The notes under the pieces are model-generated. The model saw nothing but the letters and a program-made list of their open reading frames with translations, was not told the DNA's origin and ran no database searches. The translations under genes and the position numbers were made by a program. Positions 1 through 13,738 of a stretch of 64,000 nt of DNA are shown piece after piece. Numbering within the stretch: the first letter of the stretch is position 1; every line of letters starts with the position of its first letter. The stretch comes from Okamejei kenojei. Lineage: Eukaryota. The stretch is from assembly GCA_035221665.1 (NCBI GenBank), contig CM069138.1:22444001-22508000 (forward strand), written 5' to 3'.

Positions 1-85
1 AAATGTCACCTGTCCATTTCTTTCCGCAGATGCTGCCTGACCCACCGAGTTGCTCCAGCAGTTTGTATTTATGTCTGGTACTTAC

Positions 86-129
86 CATAGCGACATTGGG
101 GGCCGGTTCTGTATTGGTCTTGGTTTCAA
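86..129 (-). CDS. Cytoplasmic mini-exon 2 (V)ETKTNTEPAPNVAM
   Basis: TTATTTTATTTCAG| ... ATG|GTAAGT, 44 nt; phase 1-0 matches the previous exon. Confidence 0.72.
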
Positions 130-264
130 CTGAAATAAAATAAGAATCCGTTGAGTTGTCACATACGGGTGATAATCAAAATGAAATCATAGTGCGGGTA
201 TACTTATTGCCATCCCTTATCCAGTGCATTCAGATAGCTGCAACATTCTGCAGAACACATACTG

Positions 265-525
265 TATGTTTAGTTCAGACATACATGGTGGAAACAGGCC
301 CTTCAGCCACAAAGTATACACCGGCCAGCAATCCCCGTACACTAACACTATCCTCGACACTAGGGACAAACCTGTACGTCTTGGAAGTGTGAGAGGAAAC
401 CAGAGCAATTGGGGAAAACCCACATGGTCAGAGGGAGAATGTGCAATCTCTGTACAGACAGCACCCGTAGTCAGGATTGAACCCAGGTCGCTGGTGCTGT
501 AAGACAGCAACTCGACCACTGCGCC
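265..525 (-). mobile_element. tRNA-derived V-SINE-like element
   Basis: tRNA-like head (GGCGCAGTGGTCGAGTTGCTG...GGGTTCAATCC) and shared core; same family as the copies below. Confidence 0.7.
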
Positions 526-1192
526 ATTGTGCTGTCATATGTATGGAGAGTTTCTCACTCTTGACAGGGGCATGACAAGACTCACATATTTCTTAAAGGC
601 TAGACATCTGGCTTACTTCTGGAGTCTGCAGGCTGTGGATCAGGCACATTTTAGGGAGTTAGGGCGTAGGCCTATGCTTCAGTGCAGTATTGTAGAAGCT
701 GCCTTTTAGTTGGTGGATCTGTAAACTTCTCAATTAAATGTAAAGGATTATCATTTAATTAATTCATGGACATATGCCCTTTAGTTCACTATCATAGGTT
801 TAAATCAGCCACCATCAAATGGATTACAATTTGAGAGTCTGTGTTAATGTTGGTCTTTCTTAAATTCTGCCATTAATTTGTCACTTGGAGCAGGCATCTT
901 TCTAGAGGCTGCAGGAATTGATATATATCCAATAAGACTGATGGCGTGTCCATTTAGTGGAGGAGGGCAGAGGCAGCAGTACTTGGTGGCAGGCTGCTCT
1001 CTATTTTAGGGACACAAGAGACTGCAGATGCTGGAATCTGATAAGGTAGCGTGGCGTCGAAGGAAGGAAATGGCTGGAGATCTGCAATAGCCTGGGGCTT
1101 GCCTGGAACAGGCACTGCTCATAAGAACTAGAACGAGGACTTTGAAAATAGCACCACTAGATGGCGCCTCTTGCATGCGTGCCCAGTAGACT

Positions 1193-3514
1193 ATTTTACT
1201 TCGGAGTCACGTGAGTGACTACGTGAGAAGAAGCCCCGCCTGGCGCATGATTGGCATTACGTCGACGCTGTCGGTAGGCAAAGAGCTGCAGAGCGCAGCT
1301 CCACCAGCGGTAAGGAACAGGCCCGCAGGTAAGTGCATTGAATTATTTACAGGGCGTGTTTCAAACTCCGTGGTGCTGGCGTGCAGAGCCAGCAGGAGTT
1401 GAACGGAAAAGTGGAAATACTCTGGAGGAAAAACGGAGGTTAAAATGCGTCCCGGCAGATTAGTGGAAGCTCAGCGATCGGGACGGCAGATTAGTGCGGA
1501 GCCGGTTCCGATACCGGTGGCCGTTAAGATTAATTGTAGGGAGCCTTTAGTCATTCCACAAACTAAAGCCACGGGAAGAATCTTCAGTGGGAAGGAAAGA
1601 AGTCTGAGAGGCCGTGGTTTTAAATGGCTTTAAATGATTTTAATAAAGAAAGGCCTCCAGACAAGAAAGCCTTATGGCTCAGAATAAATTAAATGGATAA
1701 ATACTCCAGTATTATTTTCAACCAAGGGTCTAAAAAACCCAGAATATTCCCAGGCAGGCCGAGGGGTTTCCCTAACAAATATATGGTGCTTTTTACACTG
1801 TGGGAATATGAACCTCGGATTGGGCTGGAGGTAGTCTCCTTGAGCAAGTCTCAGGAGTACCAGGGCAGTACAGAAACTGACCCTAAAAGTGGTTTTGGTC
1901 GTGTACCCACCATGCACGTATAAATCCAGGTGTACTTAATGGGTACAAAGTACAATACCTGAAGGGAGCGGTGAGGCCATGGAAGGTAACCATGGTGGCC
2001 AACATCAATTGGTTTTCTCACCAGCTTCCGGAGGCTGTTATGGGTTGAAACAGCAGATTTATATGAAAACACTTGTGCTTTACTAGTGTGCCAATGGTGA
2101 AAGACAGTCAAAGATCTTTTATCATACTGCTAACAATATCAGATATATTGGAGAATCCTTGCTGGATTGCAATTTTTGATCAGCACCTAAGCAATAGGCC
2201 ATTAATAGGGCTCATAGTGCTTTATTGTCATATTTAGGACAAATTGCTGACCATGAGATCTAGCGGGTCTCAACGTTAATATCCCGATTGGGAAAGGAAT
2301 ATTATAATTTTAAATCTGCCCCAAAGTAAAAATACAGAAGTTGGGAGGTCAGCATAGTTCTCACTTTGCTTAGGCAACGGGCTCCAATTCTTATCATTGT
2401 TTCGGAATTTAACATTTGAAGTAATAATGTCATGGCTTTAGTATCAGCACAAAGAGTGCAAACATTGCAAATGTTACGTTAGACTGTTGCTACAGATAAC
2501 ATTGTCTTATATGTTTATGACTTAACCAAACAAAGCAGACCAGGAGGAGCTGGAACCAAGGTAAATTTTAAAGCATATCCTGTCGACCAAAAATTGTGTG
2601 TGGATAAGCATTGACTCAATATGTTGAAGTAGGCAAGAGTCTCCATGGTGGTGAGACAGTGCTACTTATTACACACAAAAAAAAAACCACATAATGTATC
2701 AGTACAAACTGATGGTTCCAGATAGTTACATTCTAGATGGTTAAAACAGGTTTTGGGACAGCAGGAGTAGTTAAATGTTAAGGAGATGTTAAAAATAATT
2801 CCACCAGGGAGGTAGGTGCATCCATGGCAAGGGCACAGGATGGGCCACTCGATCAAAAAATTAAAAAAGTAGGATGATGTAAAATAAACTTTTCAAAGTT
2901 TACAAGAAACCAGTTCTCACGGTGTCAGGGTTGGACACGCAATGTTGGGTTCTCTTTGATGAGCTTTGTTTTATATTATCAATTTATATCTTTGGTTATA
3001 TCTTACCCTATGATAGAAGGGTTATTACTTTCATTCTTTTATAATGAAACGACTTATTACATAAACTAAAGAAATGTTTATAAGATGTATTATTTACTCA
3101 CTACTGTGTTGATTGAGCCAGAGTGTCGTATGGAATGAATCTACGACATAAAAAACACAGAGCTACAAAATCTTCACGTAGTCACTCACGTGACTCCGAA
3201 GTAAAATAGTAAGATTAAACGAGAACTTACCAAGTTTGAAGTTTGATCATTATTTTATGAGGAGGAACGATGAGGGATTACGTGCCCTCCACTCCCAACC
3301 CTCATAAAATAAATAATCATCTGGTAGTTCTAGTCTATGTTGAGCCTTACTATCTTACTCCGGCTATTGGTTCTGTTTTTTTCATGCCGCTGCTTTGAAT
3401 TATGCCGATCATGCGCCAGGTGGGGCTTCTTCTCACGTAATCCCTCATCGTTCCTCCTCATAAAATAACGATCAAACTTCAAACTTGCTAAGTTCTCGTT
3501 TAATCTTACTATTT
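1193..3514 (+). mobile_element. DIRS-type retrotransposon, internally deleted/degenerate
   Basis: Left end TATTTTACTTCGGAGTCACGTGAGTGACTACGTG, internal complementary region about 3173-3284, inverted right end to 3514. Tyrosine recombinase remnant MALVSAQRVQTLQ near 2432. Confidence 0.85.
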
Positions 3515-4469
3515 CTGTACACTTGCTAATTAGGGATCGGCAATATTCTACTGGACTGTCTGTATGAAAAATAATTTCATTGTGTTAGCACTTCGCAAAT
3601 GTGACAATAAAAGCACTATTGAACCATTGTTTCCGCATATCACCTTCTGACTTAAAACATCTGTAGGATTCCAGCATCTCTTGTTTCAACATTAGCTTTC
3701 AGCCTCTATTCCCACCTTCTGCTCCCCACTTGGCTCATCTTCCCTTCTTTCCTCTCTTCATCTGTTTCTATCTATTACTGCCTGCCCTGCCTCACACCTC
3801 CCGTTCACCTCTTTTTGTTGGCTATCTGCTCTCTATAATCACGACTCAAAACATTGACCAAAACTCTATTTTAGTTGCCTTGATGGAAACCTTGAGTGCT
3901 TGAATAAGATTGTTCAGATACAAGCTCTAATAGAGAGGAGATATGTATTCCAATTGTTCCTATTGATCTGAGATATAGGAGCAGATTTAGGCCATTTGGC
4001 CCATCAAGTTTGTTCCACCATTCAATCATGGCTGATCAATATTACTCTCCCAACCCCATTATCCTATCATATCTCCCTGTAACCTTTGGCACCCTCACTA
4101 ACCAACAACCTATCAATCCCCCGATTTAACAATACCCAATGACATGCCCCTCCACTGCCATCCATGGCAACGGATTCCACAGATTCACTCAGATATGGTG
4201 TTAGAGTGCAAGATGACTGTTGTGAAGAATTTTCTTTGAAGTGTCTTTGAATCTTTATATTCATTTTTCTCTGTCAGAGAACTGTGAAGCTAATTTATTG
4301 AGTATGTTTAAAGGAATTGAAAAGCCATAGAGGTTGAATAGTTTAAGTTGAGAATAGTGCAACAATGTTCTACTTTCTTGGCTGTTATGTTCTTACATTT
4401 GGAATCATTACTGAACTTAGCCAACTTTTGAAGAAATCCCCAATATGAGTACTGAAATTAACTTTTTAC

Positions 4470-4513
4470 CTGTAACTGTCGAATCAACTGTGGTCAGTTC
4501 TTCAGTAGAGTTC
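4470..4513 (-). CDS. Cytoplasmic mini-exon 1 (G)NSTEELTTVDSTVT
   Basis: TTTCGCTAG| ... CAG|GTAAAA, 44 nt; phase 2-1 matches the TM exon. Confidence 0.7.
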
Positions 4514-4690
4514 CTAGCGAAATGATATAGAACACACTGTCAGTGAACTATTTATATTTGTTGAATGTCTCTGAAGAACAACAACGGGATTACATTGGTA
4601 TTGGTTTATTGTTCTTATGTGTACCGAGGTGCAGTGAAAAGTTTTATTTGCATGCTATCCAGTCAAATCATACTACACAATCAAAGCAGA

Positions 4691-7600
4691 TAGAAACATA
4701 AAAAATAGGTGTAGGAGTAGGCCATTCAGCCCTTCGAGCCTGCACCGCCATTCAATATGATCATGGCTGATCATCCAACTTAGTATCCTGTACCTGCCTT
4801 CTCTCCATACCCCCTGATCCCTTTAGCCACAAGGGCCACATATAACTCCCTCTTAAATATAACCAATGAACTGGCCTCAACTACCTTCTGTGGCAGGGAA
4901 TTCCAGAGACTCACCACTCTGTGAAATATATTTTCCACATCTCCGTCCTAAAGGAATTACCCCTTATCCTTAAACTGTGACTCCTTGTTCTGGACCTCCT
5001 CAACATCGAGAACAATCTTCCTGCATCTAGCCTATCCAACTCCTTAAGAATTTTGTAAGTTTCTATAAGATCCCCCCTCAGTCTTCTAAATTCTAGCGAG
5101 TACAAGCCAAGTCTATCCAGTCTTTCCTCATATGAAAGTCCTGACATCCCAGAATCAGTCTTGTGAACCTTCTCTGTACCCCCTCTATGGCAAGAATGTC
5201 TTTCCTCAGATTTGGAGACCAAAACTTGTAACGCAATACTCCAGGTGTGGTCTCACAAAACCCTGTACAATTGCAGTAGAACCTCCCTGCTCCTATACTC
5301 AAATCAAATCCTTTCGCTATGAATGCTAACATACCATTTGCTTTCTTCACTGCTGCTGCACCTGCATGCCTACTTTCAATGATTGGTGTATCATAACACC
5401 CATGGTCGCGTTGCATCTCCCCTTTTCCTAATTTGACACCATTCAGATACAACTCTACCCTCCTGTTTTGCCACCAACGTGGATAACCTCACATTTATCC
5501 ACATTGTAACTGCAACTGCCATGCATTTCCCACTCACACCAGCCTATCCAAGTCACCTTGCAGCCTCCTAGCATCCTCCTCACACCTAACACTACCCCCT
5601 AGACCAGAGCTTAGTGTCCATCCGCAAACTTGGAGATGTTGCATTCAATTTCGCTCATCCAAATCATTAATATATATTGTAAATGGCTGGGGTCCCAGCA
5701 CTGTGCCTTGCGGTGCCCCGCTAGTCACTGCCTGCCATTCTGAGAAGGACCCGTTTACTCCTACCCTTTGCTGCTGTCCTGCCAGCCAGTTCTCTATCCA
5801 CATCAATACTGAACCCCAATACCATGTGCTTTAAGTTTGTATATTAATCTCTTATGTGCGACTATGTCGAAAGCCTTCTGAAAGTCTAGATATAACACAT
5901 CCACTGGTTCTCCCTTATCCACTCTACTAGTTACATCCTTGAAAAATTCTATAAGATTCCTCAGACATGGTTTACCTTTTGTAAATCCATGCTGACTTTG
6001 TCCAATGATTTCACCACTTTCCAAATGTACTGCTATCCCATCTTTAATAACTAACCCTAGCAGTTTTCCCACTGCCAATGTGAGACTAACTGGTCTGTAA
6101 TTCCCTGTTTTCTCTCTCCCTCTTTTTTTAAAAAGTGGGTTACATTATGCTACCCTCCAAGTTCCTCAGTTCCTCAGGAACTACTCCAGAATCTAAGGAG
6201 TTTTGAAAAATTATCACTAACCCACCATTTCTGTGACTACTTCCATGAGTACTCTGGGATGCAGACCATCTGGCCCTGGGGATTTATCGGCCTTTAATCC
6301 ATTCAATTTACCCACCACCACTTCCCGGCTAACCTGGATTTCACTTAGTTCCTCCACCTTATTTGACCCCCGGTTCCCTGCTATTTCCGGCAGATTATTT
6401 ATGTCTTCCTTAGTGAAGACAGAACCAAAGTAGTTATTCAATTGGCCTGCCATGTACTTGTTCCCCATGATCAATTCACCCGTTTCTGACTGTAAGGGAC
6501 CTACATTTGTTTTAACTAAATTCTTTCTCTTCACATATCTATAAAAACCTTTGCAGTCAGTTTTTATGTTCCCTGCCAGTTTTCTGTCATAATCTATTTT
6601 CCCTTTCCTAATTAAGCACTTTGTCCTCCTCTGCTGGACTTTCCCCCAGTCCTCTGGTAGGCTGCTTTTTCTGGCTAATTTGTATGCTTCATCTTTTGTT
6701 TTTATACTATGCCTGATTTCCCTTGTTTCCCTTGGATGCTCTACCTTCCCTGATTTATAATTTTGCCAAACTGGGATGAACAATTATTGTGGTTCATCAA
6801 TGCAGTCTTTAAATACCTTCAATTGCACATCCACTGTCAACCCTTTAAGAATCACTTGCCAGTCTATCTTGGCCAATTCACGTCTCATACCTTCAAAGTT
6901 ACCATTGTTTAAGTTCAGAACCCTTGTTTCTGACTTAATTATGTCATTCTCCATCCTAATGAAGAACTCAACCATATTATAGTCACTCTTGCTCAAGGGG
7001 CCAAGCACAACAAGACTGCTAACTAACCCTTCCTCAATACTCAATACCCAGTCTAGAATAGCCTGCTCTCTCGTTGGTTCCTCTACATGTTGGTTTAGAA
7101 AACTATCCCGCATACATTCCAAGAAATCCTCTTCCTCATCACCCCTGCCCATTTAATTCACCCAATCTATATGTAGATTGAAGTCACCCATTATATCTGC
7201 TTTACCCTTGTTGCACTAATTTCTAATTTCCTGTTTGATGCCATGCCCTACTCCACTACTACTGTTAGGTGGCCTGTACACAACTCCCACTAGCGTTTTC
7301 TGTCCCTTAGAGTTTCGCAGCTCCTCCAAGCTAATGTCCTTCCTTTCTATTGCATTAAATCTCCTCTCTCACCAGCAACACTACCCCTTTTCCTTTCTGT
7401 CTATCCCTCCTGAATATTGAATATCCCTGGATGTTCAGTTCACAGCCTTGGTCCCCCTGGAGCCATGTCTCCGTGACCCCAACCATTGCATAGTCATTAA
7501 TAGCTATCTGCACATTCAACTCGTCCACCTTATTATAAATGCTCCTTGCATTGAGACACAAAGCCTTCAGGCTTGTTTTTTACAACGCTCTTACTCCTTA

Positions 7601-8690
7601 TACAATTATGTTGACAAGTGACCCCTTTTGATTTTTGCCCTGGAAACCCACCATCTCTTATTCTCTGTTTTAATATTTTTCTTCTTTCTTTCCCCCCTAC
7701 ATGTTGGGTCTGAGTGCTTCCCTTCTCTGCCTCCTGCCTCACAAACGGACTACTGGCTTTCTCCTTCGCTCCTCAGATGCTGCTGCAACCCGCTGAGTTT
7801 CTCCAGCTTTTTGTGTAACCACTGGCTTTCTCTATTTGAGTCCCTCCCCCAACCGTTCTAGTTTAAAGTCCCCCCAGTAGCCTTTGCAAATTTCCCTGCC
7901 ATGATACTGGTCCCCCTCGGGTTCATGTGCAACCCGTCCTTTTTATACAGGTCACTCCTTCCCCAAAATACGTCCCACTGTTCCAGAAACTTGAATCCCT
8001 GCCCTCTGCACCAGTCCTTCAGCCAGGCATTTATCCTCCACCTTGCTCCATTCCTACTCTCACTTGTCGCGTGGCACAGGAAGTAATCCTGAGATTGTTA
8101 TCTTTGCGGTTCTTTTCCTTAACTCTCTTCCTAACTCTCTGAATTCTCCTTTCAGGATCTCTTCTCTTTTTTTACCTATGTCATTGGTACCAATATGTAC
8201 CACGACCTCAGGCTCCTCTCCCTCCCTTTTTAGGATATCTTGGACACGTTCAGACACATCCCGGACCCTGGCACCAGGGAGGCAAACTACCATCCGGGTC
8301 TCCGGACTGCGTCCACAGAATCGCCAATCTGACCCCCTACTATAGAGTCCTCTATTATTTATGCCCTCCTCTTCTATTCGTTAATCTTCTGAGCAACAGG
8401 GCCAGTGTCTGTACCGCAGGCCAGGTCGCTGTTGCTGCCCCCAGGTAGGCTGTTCCCCCCAACAGCACTCAAACTGGAGTACTTATTTTCGAGGTGTACA
8501 GCCACTGGTGTACTCTCTAGCGCCTGCCTCTGCCCCTTGCCTCTCCTAACCGTGACCCACGTGTCTGCCTCCTGTGGTTTTGGAGAGACTAACTCCCTGT
8601 AACTCCTCTCTATGACCTCCTCACTCTCCCTGACCAGACGGAGGTCATCGAACTGCTGCTCCAGCTTCTTAACACACTCCTTTAGGAGCC
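4691..8690 (-). mobile_element. CR1-clade LINE, near full length, degenerate
   Basis: ORF1 SGNH-esterase motif (VVHIGTND), APE endonuclease (CLNARS, GVTETW), RT (QHGF, YLDFQKAFD), TTTCTA-type 3' end. Confidence 0.9.
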
Positions 8691-8792
8691 CCACCCCAGA
8701 TACAAGTACAACAGGTGGTGCAAAGATAAAAATACAAGAGAAACAAATGTGGTGTTGTAGCATTTTAGCTTTACGGCCACAGTCAAAAAAAA

Positions 8793-9085
8793 GTGGCGCC
8801 ACAATGGCTCAGCAGTAGAGTTGCTGCCTTACAGCGCTAGATACCCAGATTCTATCCTGACTACGGCTGCTGTCTATACAAAGTTTGTACATTCTCCCCG
8901 TGACCTGCGTGGATTTTCTCCGGTGCTCCAATTTCCTCCCTCACGTCAAAGATGTACAGGTTTGCAGATTAATTGGCTTCGGTAAACATTGTACATTGGC
9001 CCCAGTGAGTAGGATAGTGTTAGTGATCACTGGGCTCAGAGGGCTGAAGGGCCTATTCCCACACTATATCTCTAAAGTCTAAAGA
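8793..9085 (+). mobile_element. tRNA-derived V-SINE-like element
   Basis: GTAGAGTTGCTGCCTTACAGCGC...TTTGTACATTCTCCCCGTGACCTGCGTGG core. Confidence 0.75.
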
Positions 9086-9414
9086 AAGGTCTGCAATGTG
9101 GTGGGCTGTTCAATAATCACATAAAATAGTCTTATTTTCTAAATGGGGAGAGAATTCAGAAATCAGAGGTGTAAAGGGACTTGGGAGTGCTGATGCAGGA
9201 TTCACAAAACATTAATTTGCAAGTCAAATCAGTAGTAAGGAAGATGAATGCAAAGCTAGCATTTATTTTGAGGTTACAATACAAAATAGGTTGTAATGTC
9301 AGGCTTTAAGGCACTGCTCAGTCCGTGTTGGGCCCTATATCTGAGGAAGGATGTGCTGGCATTGGGACCCAGCCTCTTCAGTCCCTCCACATAACTGAAG
9401 TTTTAGTTTAATTT

Positions 9415-9648
9415 AGTTTAAGATACAGCGTGGAAACAGGCCCTGCGACCCACCGTGTCTGCGCCAACCAGTGATTCCCGCACAATAACACAATAATACT
9501 TCTTTGGAGTGTATGAGGAAACGAGCACCCGGAGCAAACCCATGCAGGTCATGGTAAGAACAGACAAACTCTGAACAGACAGCACCCATAGTCAGAATCG
9601 AATGCGTGTCTCTGGCGCTGTAAGGCAGCAACCCCACCTTTGCACCCG
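9415..9648 (-). mobile_element. SINE (same family)
   Basis: Reverse complement of the 8793-9085 family. Confidence 0.65.
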
Positions 9649-9786
9649 TGCCTGAACTGTTCCATCCCACGAAACTTCCATGTTCCACAATTCTGTCCTC
9701 CGGTCTTTGCTGGATTCAACGCCTGTGCCCACCATGCTTAATTCAATATCATATTAAAGCGAGATGTGAAAATACATTTTACTCAC

Positions 9787-9934
9787 CCTTCGGCTTTAAA
9801 TATGTGTTGAAAGCACACCCATTTTTTCATATAGCACACTGCTGTTGCTAAGATGCTGAATAAGAGGACGAATACCAGGACACAGGCTACAATACCGCCC
9901 AAGATTTTCAAAGACAACTTTTCATATGGTTGTT
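9787..9934 (-). CDS. Transmembrane exon (E)QPYEKLSLKILGGIVACVLVFVLLFSILATAVCYMKKWVCFQHIFKAE(G)
   Basis: Not in the ORF track; read by hand. Acceptor TTTTTCAG|, donor GG|GTGAGT, 148 nt, phase 1-2. About 25 hydrophobic residues followed by a KK stop-transfer signal. Confidence 0.88.
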
Positions 9935-11318
9935 CTGAAAAATATCAAAGATTTATAGAGTTTAAATGCAACCTCATTTTTAGTAAACACACAGGCTCTG
10001 AATGCAGGGGCAGCAGCGCTGAAGATGTCCCATCATAGCATTATCCAAAGCAACCTAAATTGGGATTAAAGAAAAGAAAATGGTGAACACACTCAGCAGA
10101 TCAGGCTGCATCTGTGCGGAGAGATGCAATCTACGCTGCAAGTTAAAAATCCTTCATCAGAACTGAGCAAGCGAGTTGGTCTGAGAGACCAGGTTGGTCT
10201 AAGTAGCCAGGAACCTGGGGGAGGGCAGGGGGTGGAACAAAGTGAATGTCTGTGATAAAACATAGAACAGTATAGCAGTATAGCTCAGGAACAGGCTGCA
10301 TCTGTGCCGAACATGTGTTTATTTATGTTATTCATGTGAATATTGAACTGAACTGTTCTGTAATGTTTGCTTACAATATTCTGTTGTGCTGCAGCAAGCA
10401 AGACTTTCATTGTCCTCTCTGGGCCACATGAAAATATACTCTCTTGACTTGACTTGAACATGATGACAAATTAAACTAATCTTCTCTGCCTGCAAAATAT
10501 GACACAATGTTCTAGAGTAACTCAGCGGGTCAGGCAGCATCCCTGGAGAATATGGATAAGCAACATTTCGGGTCGGGATTTTCCTCAGTCTGATTGTGTG
10601 TGTGTGTGTGGGGGGAGGATAGAAAACTAGAAGAGAGGAAGGGCAGAACAAAGCGTGGCAGGTAATAGGTAATACAGGTGAGGGAGTTTGACAGGAAGAT
10701 GGTTGGACGAAGGCCAGAGTAATTGTCAGAGATATAGGGCCCAGAGTAAAAAACAGGTAATTGTCATCGAGTCACTGAGTGATTAGTGTGGAAACAGTGG
10801 GATTGGCCCTCCGGTGACAGCTCTCAAGACACTTCCAGTGACTGCTCCAATTGCCTCCACCCTAGTGTCTTTCTCCTCAGTAAATACAGATGTGAAATAC
10901 TCATTTAGGACCTTGCCCATCTCCTGTGGCTGCACAGAGGTGACCGCTTTGATTCCTGAGAGGTCCCACTCTCTCTCTAGTTACCCTTTCCCCCCTTATG
11001 TATTTATAAAGTATTTTGGGATTGGCCTTAATGCAGAGCTGCCAAGGTCTGTCATAGCATTTCAGTATTCTAGTACCTGAAAATCAGTATTTTGCTGAGG
11101 AAATCAGTATTTTTATGCGGTGGCGCTTTGCTGAAAAATATGCTTTTTTTTATGTGCGGCCATACCCATGTAAGAGTGCAAGAACGCATAACTTTGCTAC
11201 CAATTGACATGTCTTCTACGCACTTTACTTAACAGTGCATTCATTGCCATCTCTTTGTAGACTGCTGTTTGAACGGCTGCATCCTGCTTTTAGCACCAGA
11301 TGATGATGTAGAATCCAT

Positions 11319-11505
11319 NNNNNNNNNNNNNNNNNNNNNNNNNNNNNNNNNNNNNNNNNNNNNNNNNNNNNNNNNNNNNNNNNNNNNNNNNNNNNNNNNN
11401 NNNNNNNNNNNNNNNNNNNNNNNNNNNNNNNNNNNNNNNNNNNNNNNNNNNNNNNNNNNNNNNNNNNNNNNNNNNNNNNNNNNNNNNNNNNNNNNNNNNN
11501 NNNNN
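11319..11505. other. Assembly gap (187 N), next to a CT-rich low-complexity tract (11506-11655)
   Basis: Run of N. Confidence 1.
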
Positions 11506-12139
11506 TCCCTCTCTCCTTTTTTTCTCCCTCCCTCATTCCCTCCCTTTCTCTCTCCCTCCCTCTCTCCCTCTCTCCTTCTCACACTCCCCTCTGCATCCTC
11601 TACCTCTCTTCACCCCTCCCTCTCTCCCGCTCTCCACCCCTCCCTCTCTCCCCCTTGAGCCCACCCACCGTTCTGTAAAATCAAGGCCAATCCCAATGTA
11701 ACTGCAATCCCACTGGTAACTTTTCACCACTAGGCTTATCCAGAATTCTATACTGCCTGAAAAATAATCAAAGGCTCAAAGAGAATTCCAAAGACATTGT
11801 TATACGATAATTTTCTTGAACAGTCTGTGACCCATAACGCTTTGGCCATAGCAGGATGTGTAAAGCCCATAACGCTATGTTTAAAGCCCATAGCACTCCA
11901 GCTGGTAGCACTATATTTACAACCCACAGCGCGCTGCCGACAGCTCTTTGTTTAAATTCCCACGCGTTAAACTGATAGCACTCTGTTTAAACCTGGAGTG
12001 GGACAGGCATTGACTCTGGAGAGAAGGAATAGGTGACGTTTCTGGTCGAGACCCTTGTTCAGACTGAACTGAACTCCATATTTAAAATCCGTATTTAACA
12101 ACACAAAAATTGTTCATCAGTATACTTATCGCGTAGCCA

Positions 12140-12680
12140 GTCATAGTGCGAACTCCATCAGCAAGTTCGCTGACGATACCACTGTTGTGGGACGTATCAC
12201 AGATGGGAACTTGTACAGAAGTGAGATCGACCGACTGACCAAATGGTGCCAGCACAATAACTTGGCCCTCAACATAACCTGGCCAGCACAATAACCTGGC
12301 CCTCAACACCAGAAAAACACTGATGCAATCATAAAGAAAGCACATCAGCGCCGCTACTTCCTCATAAGATTATGGAGAGTCGGTCTGTCAAGGAGGACTC
12401 TCTCTAACTTCCACAGGTGCACAGTGGAGAGCTTGCTGACTGGTTGCATCGTGACATGGTTCGGAAACTTGAGTGCCCTGGAGCGCAAAAGACTACAAAA
12501 AGTAGTAAACATTGCCCTGTCCATCATTGGCTCTGACCTCCCGTCCATCGAGGGGATCTATCACAGTTGCTGCCTCAAAAAGGCTGGCAGCATCATCAAG
12601 GACCCACACCATCCGGGCCATACACTCATCTCCCCACTACCTTCAGGTAGAAGGTACAGGAGCCGGAAGACTGCAACGAC
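12140..12680 (+). mobile_element. Rex1/L2-like LINE RT 3' fragment
   Basis: KFADDTTVVG...YRSEIDRLTKWCQHNNLALN; ESLLTGCIVTWFGN...DPHHPGH...LPSGRRYR. Confidence 0.75.
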
Positions 12681-13738
12681 TTAACATAGACATCCCCACA
12701 CAGTAGAATCAAAGTTTCCTACTGTGAGGGAAGGCTCCAAAATTCAGTCATCCTCCTCTGTTATCTTCCCGTGGTCGGGAGGCTCCCGAACCCCCCGCAG
12801 TTGCCGCTACGGGCAGCCCGCTCTTCAGGCCCGCTCGCCGGGGTGATGGAAGTCCGACGTTCGGACTGGAGGACATCCTCAGCGGCTTGGACATCAGAAT
12901 CGGCCACCTCCTACCGGAGTCCGCAGCTCCCAAAGTCCACAGGCCATGCTGGGCGGAGATTCAACACTGGCGGCCCTCGGCAAAGGGCCCCAGGACTCCG
13001 CGATGTTGAAGTCAGCACTGGCCGCGCTGGAAGCTCTGCAAACCACAGCTCCAATGTTGAAGCAGCAGGCGATCCAGGTATGCAACGCCCGCTCCGTGAT
13101 GTATCCAGCGCAGCGCCGCCACTGCTGCAGCTCTGGTTCCGTCCCTGGCAGGAAAGGCCGATCCAATCCAGGTGGTAGGCCACGGGGAGAGGGGCGAGGA
13201 CGCAACTCGGAGAATAGTCGAGTCCTCGCCAGGAAGTGACTGGGAAACGATTTCCCCCTTACCTTACCCCCCTCCCCCACATTGAAAAGCTAAATAATTA
13301 TCCAAAACAAACTTTAAAAATTACTAAAAATAAAAAAGGGAGAAAAACAGACAGACCATAGGCAGAGGCTGTCATAAATGTGGCGCCCCTAGTGGCCCTT
13401 CTAATAAGGTGAAGTGTGACTGTAAGCTTGGAGTTTGGAGCCAGATCAGAAAAGTGATGGTCCACAAATAGCCAACAGATGTGTATTTGTCTGTCTAATT
13501 CATTAGAAAGCATAAATAAATACATGAAAATGAATCGGGATGGGCAAGTTGGGCCAAAGGGCCTGTTTTCACGCTGCATGACTATGAAAACTAAAAGATT
13601 CAATACTTTTAATGCTATTAATATTGTAAATATTGTAAACTGAAATAAAAATGAACGCGCAAAACCGCTATCCCACCCCTGGCATGCTCCATATTTTCAC
13701 TAGCGGAGATCGTTTAGTATTGTGTAAACTGAACTTAC

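Noticed and set aside
12700-13400. GC-rich overlapping ORFs (also 20418-20996 and 63450-63996)
   Set aside because: No domain motifs; they look like non-autonomous repeat sequence with chance open frames.
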